Positions 9,555-16,393 of a stretch of 20,000 nucleotides of DNA are shown here, piece after piece. Source of the stretch: an uncultured virus (IMG/VR IMGVR_UViG_3300028394_000074) (taxonomy: Duplodnaviria; Heunggongvirae; Uroviricota; Caudoviricetes). The notes below the pieces were generated by a model. That model ran no database searches, was not told where the DNA came from, and saw nothing but the letters and a program-made list of their open reading frames with translations. Each line of letters starts with the position of its first letter. Position 1 is the stretch's first letter. Made by a program: the position numbers and the translations under genes. The stretch spans positions 47,825 through 67,824 of IMG/VR virus record IMGVR_UViG_3300028394_000074; one strand, given 5' to 3'.

Positions 9555-10618
9555 CTTGTGTAATAACTTATGTTAGGCTGAAAGTAAATAGGCGACTTAT
9601 CACGTTCTTCATCACTAGCTTGCAAAAATAATTTATCCGCTTGTTGTTCTAAATACGCAACACGCGCAAGATCGGTGTTCGGTAATTGCATAGACAATTT
9701 ATGCGATAACGAGGCTTGAACAGAAGCAATCCAGCGATTAGGAATGTACAGCTCATTTGTTAATGAGCCAACATCTTGCATTTGCTTTTCAATCAACAAT
9801 TGAAACATTTGAAAGTCGTTGTTTGGCACGGGCCATAGATACATCTTAGGCTCGATCTGACGATCGTACCAATACTGCAGTGAGCGTTGGCTTGGGAATT
9901 GTTTGTTTGGGAGATTCCAGTAATCGTCTTTGTTTAAGCGAGCCAAAGGAATAACTTGCTGGCTGGTTGAAAAAACGATTTGACGTACTGAAAAGGTTGT
10001 TGCTACTGTCTCTCTAAGACGGTAGAATGTGTTGACTGGAGTAATAGATAGAGGAAAATAAGCCCATTCTCTGTCTGATAAGGTGGTCTCTGGAAGCTGC
10101 AGTACTGTAGTCCAAGTAATTCCATCGGTACTGGTTTCGTATGCAAAGTTGTAGGTCTGCGTACCACCGCCAGTAGCGTAGCCATTAAAGCCGATGTAGT
10201 ATACGCTTTGACCGCCTTGATAGTATAAACCAAACCAGTTCTCAAGTGCAGTAGAAGTAGAAACAATGTCTAAGTTCTGAGCAAATACTGCAGGGGAGTC
10301 TGGATTAGCAACTGGCAGATATTCGTCAGCTTCTGAGTTGATGATATAGACCCAATTGGCTTCACGCACATCAATTGTAGTAGCTGGAAGGTTAAGATAT
10401 TGTTGTGCTGTTACAGCACCAACCAATTTGTTTTCCAACAGCCAAAGGTTTACGCCTAAATTAGATAAATTTTGAAGATTGTAAAAAAGAGCTTGTTTAC
10501 CCGCATTGATATATTCAGGCGTGATTTCTTCTGCTATTCTACCAGCATCACGATATGCATAAGAAATAAGTTGGTCAACATTGATTTTTGTGTCGCCAGT
10601 GGTGCCTGAATAAGCCAT
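9551..10618 (-). CDS. Putative head-tail joining protein with central discoidin-like insertion
   Basis: 355 aa; NLGVNLW, QYWYDRQ..PKMYLWPVP, MQDVG...IPNRW motifs of adaptor-type proteins; central beta-rich ETSTDGITWTTV...FYRLR segment. Confidence 0.55.
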   Translation of the reverse strand: MAYSGTTGDTKINVDQLISYAYRDAGRIAEEITPEYINAGKQALFYNLQNLSNLGVNLWLLENKLVGAVTAQQYLNLPATTIDVREANWVYIINSEADEYLPVANPDSPAVFAQNLDIVSTSTALENWFGLYYQGGQSVYYIGFNGYATGGGTQTYNFAYETSTDGITWTTVLQLPETTLSDREWAYFPLSITPVNTFYRLRETVATTFSVRQIVFSTSQQVIPLARLNKDDYWNLPNKQFPSQRSLQYWYDRQIEPKMYLWPVPNNDFQMFQLLIEKQMQDVGSLTNELYIPNRWIASVQASLSHKLSMQLPNTDLARVAYLEQQADKLFLQASDEERDKSPIYFQPNISYYTR

Positions 10619-10620
10619 TG

Positions 10621-10788
10621 TTAACGTCCTCTACCAGCGGTGCGTTTGGGCACTTTATTAGGTAATTTGTTTGATGATGGACCCGCTTTTACAAACTCTT
10701 TGCCAACCTTTTTAGGAATGCCAAGAGTTGATTTACCAGCGGCGGCTGCGTACATAGCGCCCTTTTGAGCTTTAGATTCGTATGGCAT
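10621..10788 (-). CDS. Small basic phage protein, 55 aa (start corrected from ORF track)
   Basis: ATG at 10788-10786 overlaps upstream TAA (TAATG); [35 protein letters not shown]..., Lys-rich. Confidence 0.7.
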   Translation of the reverse strand: MPYESKAQKGAMYAAAAGKSTLGIPKKVGKEFVKAGPSSNKLPNKVPKRTAGRGR

Positions 10789-10982
10789 TAGCAGGCCTTT
10801 CCGCCTTTTCTCATGGCACGACCACCGCCACAAAGTTTTGAAAGATTAGTTTTTTTGCCTTCATGTGACTGTTTGTCGTGCATAGCAAAAGCTTTTTTAA
10901 TGATCTTTTTGTCCTGTTTGATATCATCCATATCAACAGAACCGCCAGCTTTCATTTTAGGAAGACACTTAAAATCGTCCAT
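10788..10982 (-). CDS. Small Lys-rich protein with xxGG motifs, 64 aa (start corrected)
   Basis: ATG at 10982 preceded by [23 protein letters not shown]...[15 protein letters not shown]; directly downstream of promoter-like motif. Confidence 0.7.
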   Translation of the reverse strand: MDDFKCLPKMKAGGSVDMDDIKQDKKIIKKAFAMHDKQSHEGKKTNLSKLCGGGRAMRKGGKAC

Positions 10983-11000
10983 GGTATACCCTTTCAATTA

Positions 11001-11039
11001 TCTATATCTACTTATGCAAAAAAGGAGCAATTTATGCCC
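11001..11039 (-). promoter_or_regulatory. Putative phage late promoter, copy 2
   Basis: GGGCATAAA-N13-GCATAAGTAGATATAGA; 11001-11023 is identical over 23 nt to 17701-17723. Confidence 0.7.
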
Positions 11040-11550
11040 CTAAAAACAACGCTCTTTCCCTTTGGCGGCGTTTAACCAGTACTTCGGGTTTGTTCCACAT
11101 GAGAATGGCATCTGCCGCACCTTTGTAGTCATTTTCGTTTAATTTACGAACCACAGTAGACTTCCTAAAGGCAGTCTCTCCAATATTGAAACAGAGGCTG
11201 TATAAGGCGTCAAATTGGTTCTGGGCTAGGGGTACCTTCACCGAAGTCTCTACGGCTTCGCTACACCACTTTAAATCGCTTTTAAGTAGATCTTTAACTT
11301 CTTGATCTGATAGGGTTGCAGTAAGTAAATGCGGTTCAGAAGTTTTGATAAGATGGCCGACCCCGATTGTGAGTAAGCCTTTGGAGTCTTTATATGCTTT
11401 ATTTTTAAACCCTTCTTCCTTAGTAATGAAAGATAGCGTGGATTCTGCGATTGCCATAATGTTCTCTTCAATATGGGTATATCGGTTTGTTAGGTGGATT
11501 GCCGCAAAGATACCAAGGCACCACAGCACTACAGCAATTAACTTTTTCAT
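11032..11550 (-). CDS. Endolysin, GH24 (T4/P21-type lysozyme) with N-terminal hydrophobic segment (SAR-like or signal peptide)
   Basis: Catalytic E46-X8-D55-X5-T61 followed by IGVGH; QNQFDALYSLCFNIG and LVKRRQRERALF motifs; N-terminus MKKLIAVVLWCLGIFAAIHL; RBS AAGGAG. Confidence 0.93.
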   Translation of the reverse strand: MKKLIAVVLWCLGIFAAIHLTNRYTHIEENIMAIAESTLSFITKEEGFKNKAYKDSKGLLTIGVGHLIKTSEPHLLTATLSDQEVKDLLKSDLKWCSEAVETSVKVPLAQNQFDALYSLCFNIGETAFRKSTVVRKLNENDYKGAADAILMWNKPEVLVKRRQRERALFLGA

Positions 11551-11562
11551 TCGGGCTCCTTT

Positions 11563-11582
11563 TTGTGTAATATGTTACACAA
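11563..11582. promoter_or_regulatory. 20-bp inverted repeat abutting the endolysin RBS (operator or RNA hairpin)
   Basis: TTGTGTAA-TATG-TTACACAA in the 39-nt gap between i-spanin stop and endolysin start. Function not known. Confidence 0.5.
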
Positions 11583-11589
11583 TTTGGGG

Positions 11590-12000
11590 TCATTTACTTA
11601 ATGTGTCGTATTGTTTGTAGCAAGCCTCTAGGCCGGCTCTTACTTCGTCTGCTCGGGCAGCTTCCCGTCTAAGAAAGATTGCATCCTCGGCGAAAAGGGT
11701 TGACCCAGTTCCACACGATCCAGAGCTGGCGCTTTCGGTACGACCGGGACGCTTACGCAGCTCGTTAACAGCATCAACGAGCTTAGAGTTAATATCACGG
11801 ATTTGAGCATTTTTGTAACTTTCTATTTGGGCGGCCTTGGCTTGGTAGTCTTTTTCAATTTGCGCTGTTTTGGTAGCCTGGTCTGCCTTATATTCCAAAA
11901 ATCTATTATTGGCAAAACTAAAGCCAAGATACCAAGAAAAAGCCAGCACAGCCACACATAATCCCAGTTTGACATATTGTACCAAGGTTAACGGAAACAT
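11590..12000 (-). CDS. i-spanin (Rz-like)
   Basis: 136 aa; single N-terminal TM, coiled-coil-like periplasmic part, C-terminal AARADEVRAGLEAC; contains nested lipoprotein gene. Confidence 0.85.
   Translation of the reverse strand: MFPLTLVQYVKLGLCVAVLAFSWYLGFSFANNRFLEYKADQATKTAQIEKDYQAKAAQIESYKNAQIRDINSKLVDAVNELRKRPGRTESASSGSCGTGSTLFAEDAIFLRREAARADEVRAGLEACYKQYDTLSK
11640..11810 (-). CDS. o-spanin (Rz1-like lipoprotein) fully embedded in i-spanin, 56 aa (not in ORF track)
   Basis: +1 frame: MLKSVILTLSSLMLLTS-C-VSVPVVPKAPALDRVELGQPFSPRMQSFLDGKLPEQTK*; lipobox LTSC at Cys18; Pro-rich mature part. Confidence 0.88.
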   Translation of the reverse strand: MLKSVILTLSSLMLLTSCVSVPVVPKAPALDRVELGQPFSPRMQSFLDGKLPEQTK

Positions 12001-12188
12001 TATTTATCTAGGCCTTCGGTTGTGACAAATCGCAGCGTTGCCACGATAACGCCAACAAAAATCATTAGGCCGCCGTAGTACTTAGGATCAATAGTGGACT
12101 GCAGGTACTGTAGGTTGTCCATTAAGGCACCGAACACCACTAACGCCAAGGAGAACCAAAGTGTCTTGGATCTGCTCATGCGTTTCAT
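12000..12188 (-). CDS. Putative holin/pinholin, 2 TM, possible dual start (Met1-Lys-Arg-Met4)
   Basis: 62 aa, two hydrophobic segments (TLWFSLALVVFGALM; YYGGLMIFVGVIVATL), charged termini, adjacent to spanin genes. Confidence 0.7.
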   Translation of the reverse strand: MKRMSRSKTLWFSLALVVFGALMDNLQYLQSTIDPKYYGGLMIFVGVIVATLRFVTTEGLDK

Positions 12189-12418
12189 CTGTCTGCCTTG
12201 TTGTCCAGTTTGTCCTCAATACGGTGAAGGGCTTTAAGCACCTCGTTCCAGCGGTCGTTGAAGTCGTCCTTAGAGACGTATTTAGTTGGTAGTTCTTCCC
12301 GCAGCTTGGCGAGGTCGTCTTTGAGGTCTTGAACGGCTGTCCAGAGCTCCCTACAAAACCAGCCTAGAATAGCGCAAGCGGTTGGCAGGATAAAGTTAAT
12401 GAGTGATTGAAAGTCCAT
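12185..12418 (-). CDS. Lysis-associated membrane protein (N-terminal TM + coiled coil)
   Basis: 77 aa; LINFILPTACAILGWF then heptad-like charged tail; overlaps both neighbours. Confidence 0.6.
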   Translation of the reverse strand: MDFQSLINFILPTACAILGWFCRELWTAVQDLKDDLAKLREELPTKYVSKDDFNDRWNEVLKALHRIEDKLDNKADR

Positions 12419-12702
12419 TATGTTGTAGGTATTGCTGGTTTAGGTTGATTGGTTATAACTGCTGTGCCATTCCAAGTAAATCCAATACTGCCAGATCCTA
12501 GGGACTCTACTAAAATGTAGTCAGTAATTACACCATCAACAATTACAGCTTGCCAAATCATCGCTGGAGTTGTTGACTGCACTAAAGCAATAGAATTTGC
12601 TGGTGGTGTCCATATACTTGTATCGCCATTCCAAACTACAACGTTTGTAACAATGTTACTTTCAATAATTAAATAATTTTGATTTATAAATTCTTGTACC
12701 AT
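12418..12702 (-). CDS. Small tail-fibre-associated protein
   Basis: 94 aa; YLII..NIVTNVVVW.G...W.PP...IGFTWNG pattern commonly follows Gly-rich tail genes; GGAG RBS. Confidence 0.5.
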   Translation of the reverse strand: MVQEFINQNYLIIESNIVTNVVVWNGDTSIWTPPANSIALVQSTTPAMIWQAVIVDGVITDYILVESLGSGSIGFTWNGTAVITNQPKPAIPTT

Positions 12703-12714
12703 ATTTTTTCTCCA

Positions 12715-13338
12715 TTACCATTCAATTAAAACGACACCATTTGTTCCAGCCGCACCGGCGGGAGAAAACCCACCAGCACCACCAGCACCAAAAGCAGGAT
12801 GAATAGCATTAGCTCCAGACGTGCCGTTTGGACCATAATTATAATTAGAACCACCACCACCAGCCAAACCTTTATATGGAAATCCGTTTTGTCCATTGCC
12901 ACCAGAGCCACCAGCAGGTCCGTTATAGCCACCATAGCCACCACCTGCGCTAATAGTGGTAATGGATTGAGTTCCGGAAGAAACAGATGAAGTTCCTCCA
13001 TCTCCCGCAGTTCCTCCAGTATCAAAAGGGCCACCCGCACCTCCAGATCCAATAGTTACAGATAATGTATTACCAGGAGTCAAACCTGTAAGATAAGAAA
13101 TAGCCCCACAACCACCGCCACCACCGCCACCGAAATACGAATTACCGCTGCCGCCACCACCACCGCCGCCGCCAGCACCACAAACTGTAATTTTAAGCGC
13201 TGTAATACCAGTGGGGATGGTAAATGTTCCACCAGAACCAAATCCTTGCCCACGACCACCAACATACGGTCCACCTGCAGTAGATTGTGTTGTTGAATCT
13301 GGAAAAGTGATATTTGAACCGCCGACTGTAATTGTCAT
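12715..13338 (-). CDS. Glycine-rich tail tip / adhesin-like protein
   Basis: 207 aa; GTFTIPTGITALKITVCGAGGGGG, LTPGNTLSVTIGSGGAGG, GTNGVVLIEW hallmarks of phage Gly-rich domains; AGGAG RBS. Confidence 0.7.
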   Translation of the reverse strand: MTITVGGSNITFPDSTTQSTAGGPYVGGRGQGFGSGGTFTIPTGITALKITVCGAGGGGGGGGSGNSYFGGGGGGGCGAISYLTGLTPGNTLSVTIGSGGAGGPFDTGGTAGDGGTSSVSSGTQSITTISAGGGYGGYNGPAGGSGGNGQNGFPYKGLAGGGGSNYNYGPNGTSGANAIHPAFGAGGAGGFSPAGAAGTNGVVLIEW

Positions 13339-13355
13339 AAATTAACTCCTAAAAA

Positions 13356-14990
13356 TTAAGGTGTTCCACCAGCAGTTTCACTGCCAAGTGTAATAAAGTT
13401 GCCAGAAGAATCTAATGATGCAATGTTAGTAGCTCCATATTTAAATATTAGCTTACCACCAGATTCAGTAATAGAAAAGTTGGTTGTGTTGTAATTTGTT
13501 GCAATGACTGTAGTTGCGCTAACAGAACCATTAACCAACAAATTACCAGCGCCTGCGCTAGATGCTGTTCCAATTGAAACACCGCCGCCACTAGTCAAGC
13601 GCATTCCCTCGGTGCCATTTGCTTTGAAAATCAACGGAGCGGCTACGTCGGTACCAAACACGAATATAATGTTGGATGCGTCGTAGTAGCCCTGCGCTCT
13701 TACCGTGCCGTTGTTGTACCAGCTCATTGTGGTGTACTGTGAGCCGTCGTTGTCAATAATTGCGTTATTGGAGTTGCCACCACGGACGTGCAATGTTGCT
13801 ACTGGGGTGGCAATGCCGACACCTAGACGAACGTTGGTTGTGCTCCAGTTAAATAACGAGCTTGTGCTTAGCGCCGTAGACGAACCACCAAACGGTATAA
13901 AGTTTGCAGAAATGGTATTTATGCCAGTGCCACCATGGCCAACTTGCAGTGGATCTGGTAGTGATGTAAACGAAGAGCCGTCTGTTGTGACAATTCCTGC
14001 AATAGGATAAGTTATAACGCCAGAATATCCACTAAAACCAGAACGACCACTATATCCAGAAACACCAGAGCCGGAATAGCCAGAGATACCGGAATAGCCA
14101 GAGATACCTGATATTCCATTAAATCCACTAAAACCAGAAGTTCCAACTGCGCCGCTATAACCAGAGATACCAGACGCACCACTATAGCCAGAGATACCAG
14201 AGCCACTGTAGCCAGATAAACCAGCGCCGCTGTAACCAGAGATACCACTGTAGCCAGAGATACCAGATGCACCATTAGTTCCGGAGTAGCCACTAAATCC
14301 TGATACCCCGTTAGTTCCGGAGTATCCACTTATCCCCGAGTATCCACTGGCAGCCGCTGCGCCAGCGGCACCGCTATATCCACTAAATCCTGAAATGCCA
14401 GATCCTGAATAACCCGAAATACCAGAGCCAGAGTATCCGCTGTATCCTGACGCGCCGTTGCTACCAATTGTTCCATTGGTTCCGCTAAATCCGCTATATC
14501 CTGATGCGCCATTAGTGCCACTGTATCCGGATGTTCCGTTTATGCCACTATAGCCGGAAATACCACTGTAGCCGGACGTACCGTTAACACCAATCGTTCC
14601 GTTAGTTCCGCTAAAACCAGAGATACCACTGTAGCCAGAGATACCACTGTAGCCAGATATACCACTAAAGCCACTGTAGCCACTAATGCCACTAAAACCA
14701 CTGTAGCCAGAGAATCCGCTGTAGCCAGAGATACCACTAAATCCACTGTAGCCACTAATGCCAGATCCGCTGTATCCTGAAATACCAGAGAAGCCACTAA
14801 ATCCACTAATGCCGCTGTAGCCAGAAATACCAGCTAATAAGGTAACTACACCAGAGCTATTTTTATAATACAGCTTTCCATCGGCTGTATTAATTGCCAA
14901 CTCACCTGCGACCAAATTTGCCGCCAAGGGCACATTAGTTGCAGTGCTGCTGTAGTAAAGCTGTATTGGTGTAAAACCGGATGCGGCCAT
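13356..14990 (-). CDS. Tail fibre 2 with ~270-aa Gly-X-Ser repeat shaft
   Basis: 544 aa; N-terminal GELAINTADGKLYYK fibre motif; GYS/GIS/GFS/GTN triplets; C-terminal V.HGGTG, LGVGIATPVATLHV and MRLTSGGGVSIGT fibre motifs. Confidence 0.8.
   Translation of the reverse strand: MAASGFTPIQLYYSSTATNVPLAANLVAGELAINTADGKLYYKNSSGVVTLLAGISGYSGISGFSGFSGISGYSGSGISGYSGFSGISGYSGFSGYSGFSGISGYSGFSGISGYSGISGYSGISGFSGTNGTIGVNGTSGYSGISGYSGINGTSGYSGTNGASGYSGFSGTNGTIGSNGASGYSGYSGSGISGYSGSGISGFSGYSGAAGAAAASGYSGISGYSGTNGVSGFSGYSGTNGASGISGYSGISGYSGAGLSGYSGSGISGYSGASGISGYSGAVGTSGFSGFNGISGISGYSGISGYSGSGVSGYSGRSGFSGYSGVITYPIAGIVTTDGSSFTSLPDPLQVGHGGTGINTISANFIPFGGSSTALSTSSLFNWSTTNVRLGVGIATPVATLHVRGGNSNNAIIDNDGSQYTTMSWYNNGTVRAQGYYDASNIIFVFGTDVAAPLIFKANGTEGMRLTSGGGVSIGTASSAGAGNLLVNGSVSATTVIATNYNTTNFSITESGGKLIFKYGATNIASLDSSGNFITLGSETAGGTP
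14019..14831. repeat. Gly-X-Ser coding repeat of fibre 2 (codon-diverged)
   Basis: 9-nt periodicity with varied synonymous codons; occasional GS interruptions (GYS-GS-GIS). Confidence 0.9.
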
Positions 14991-14993
14991 TTT

Positions 14994-15428
14994 TTATTCC
15001 TTAAGATGTTCTAAAACGATCTTGGGTTTGACAAATCGTTCGTTCTGGTGGTCAACAAATTCCCACCAGAGAAATTGGTTTTCTGCTAAATGTTTTCTAT
15101 CGGCTAGTAGGTTAATGTTTTCTGGGTGTCCGTATATTAATGGATCAGATACTCCCCACAACACAATTCCTTTTTTGCCTTCGTCCCATCCCAGGTGTTG
15201 AAAAAAGCTGTCACAAGAGATCCAGGTACGGCATTCTTGAATTAGCTTACGCAATTCTGTAATGGGTAAATTCTTTCTAAAGTCGGAAACTAACTGCTCT
15301 TCTCCCTCAATTCCAACCTGGACAATTGGCTCGTCAATCATTGCGATCAACTCTTTCCAGTACGGATAATTCTTTGGGTTTTGCTTACCGCTAAGTAATG
15401 CTTTGGAGTATGGTGAAATAATAATCAT
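14994..15428 (-). CDS. GT9 (heptosyltransferase-like, GT-B) C-terminal nucleotide-sugar-binding half
   Basis: 144 aa; KNYPYW, VQVG, ELRKLIQEC..WISCDSFFQHLG, IVLWGVSDP correspond to GT9 K.W, DS...H and LFG.T.P motifs; lacks N-terminal lobe. Confidence 0.75.
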   Translation of the reverse strand: MIIISPYSKALLSGKQNPKNYPYWKELIAMIDEPIVQVGIEGEEQLVSDFRKNLPITELRKLIQECRTWISCDSFFQHLGWDEGKKGIVLWGVSDPLIYGHPENINLLADRKHLAENQFLWWEFVDHQNERFVKPKIVLEHLKE

Positions 15429-16393
15429 AGGTACAGCTTTCTGTACGCATTCTCTAAACTATCTTTCCACTTCCACTGGTCCATCTTTTTATAGACGTTC
15501 CAGTGATCTATGTCACCAAATAGGTGTTGTGCCTCTGCTATCGACTTCCCGGGAACCACTTCAGGGTAACAAGTAAACACTTCAGCATTAGGTATTGAAG
15601 GAAGTACATGGCTGAATACAAGATGGTCACCAAGACCACAATTAAGCACCACAATGGTACGATCACGATATTGTAAAATATTTCTAAAAATCTGTTCATC
15701 ATGTTCATACATTTCCTTCTTTGTTTCGCTGCGAATTCCACCCTCGGGATTCTTCATGTGCCACGTTACTGCGTTGGGTACCGCTAAAATTTGGTAGCCT
15801 TTTTGTTTAAGGCCATAAGTAAACAACGTCTCTTCCCGATGTGCTACCCGTGAAAGACCCAAATTAAAATCGCACACGCCAGCACGATATAAGAAAGTGC
15901 AGTGTAAATGTTCAACTTGCTTTTCCTCTTTTATAACACCCCATTGGATGTTTGGTTCGGAGTCGATGTTATTAATTAGTCCAGTAACTTTTGAGGTGTC
16001 TGGCATATACGGTGGGGTTAATACTGAACCACCCACTGCACCAACACAGTCTTCAGTGTAATAGTAAAGCATTTCTAATACATTAGGCTCTGGTATAGCA
16101 TCGTCGTCAACGCGCCACACCCAATCATAACCCATCATATTGGCACGTTGGTGAATGTGGTGCTGACCTTTTTTGTCAGCAAACAACCATTCCCACGCAA
16201 TGCCCTTAATGTCTAACATCTGGAAAAAGTACTGGTAAATCATCTCACTGCGCATGTCTTGCGGCTCGTCGTTATCATCAAAGATGACCAGCTTGTCTAC
16301 TGGTCTTGTCTGATTGATAATAGCGTTTAGTACTAAGGGCAGTGTAGTAAAGTACCTGCCCCGTGTTGCCACGGAGCAAAGGACTTTATTCAC
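15425..16393 (-). CDS. GT2-like (GT-A) glycosyltransferase with C-terminal GLGD-containing GT-B N-terminal fragment
   Basis: 322 aa, GTG start; AIINQT..VDKLVIFDD, WVWRVDDDAIPEP (DxD), HREET; then IVVLNCGLGDHLVF. Confidence 0.8.
   Translation of the reverse strand: MNKVLCSVATRGRYFTTLPLVLNAIINQTRPVDKLVIFDDNDEPQDMRSEMIYQYFFQMLDIKGIAWEWLFADKKGQHHIHQRANMMGYDWVWRVDDDAIPEPNVLEMLYYYTEDCVGAVGGSVLTPPYMPDTSKVTGLINNIDSEPNIQWGVIKEEKQVEHLHCTFLYRAGVCDFNLGLSRVAHREETLFTYGLKQKGYQILAVPNAVTWHMKNPEGGIRSETKKEMYEHDEQIFRNILQYRDRTIVVLNCGLGDHLVFSHVLPSIPNAEVFTCYPEVVPGKSIAEAQHLFGDIDHWNVYKKMDQWKWKDSLENAYRKLYL

Noticed and set aside
11026..11041. Sigma-54 -24/-12 promoter (GGCA...TTGC)
   Set aside because: GGCA-to-TTGC spacing is 2 nt short of the strict consensus and is not reproduced in the other copies.
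14019..14831. Ice-nucleation protein repeat
   Set aside because: Resembles AGYGST only superficially; period is 3/6/9 residues rather than 16 and TxT motifs are absent.
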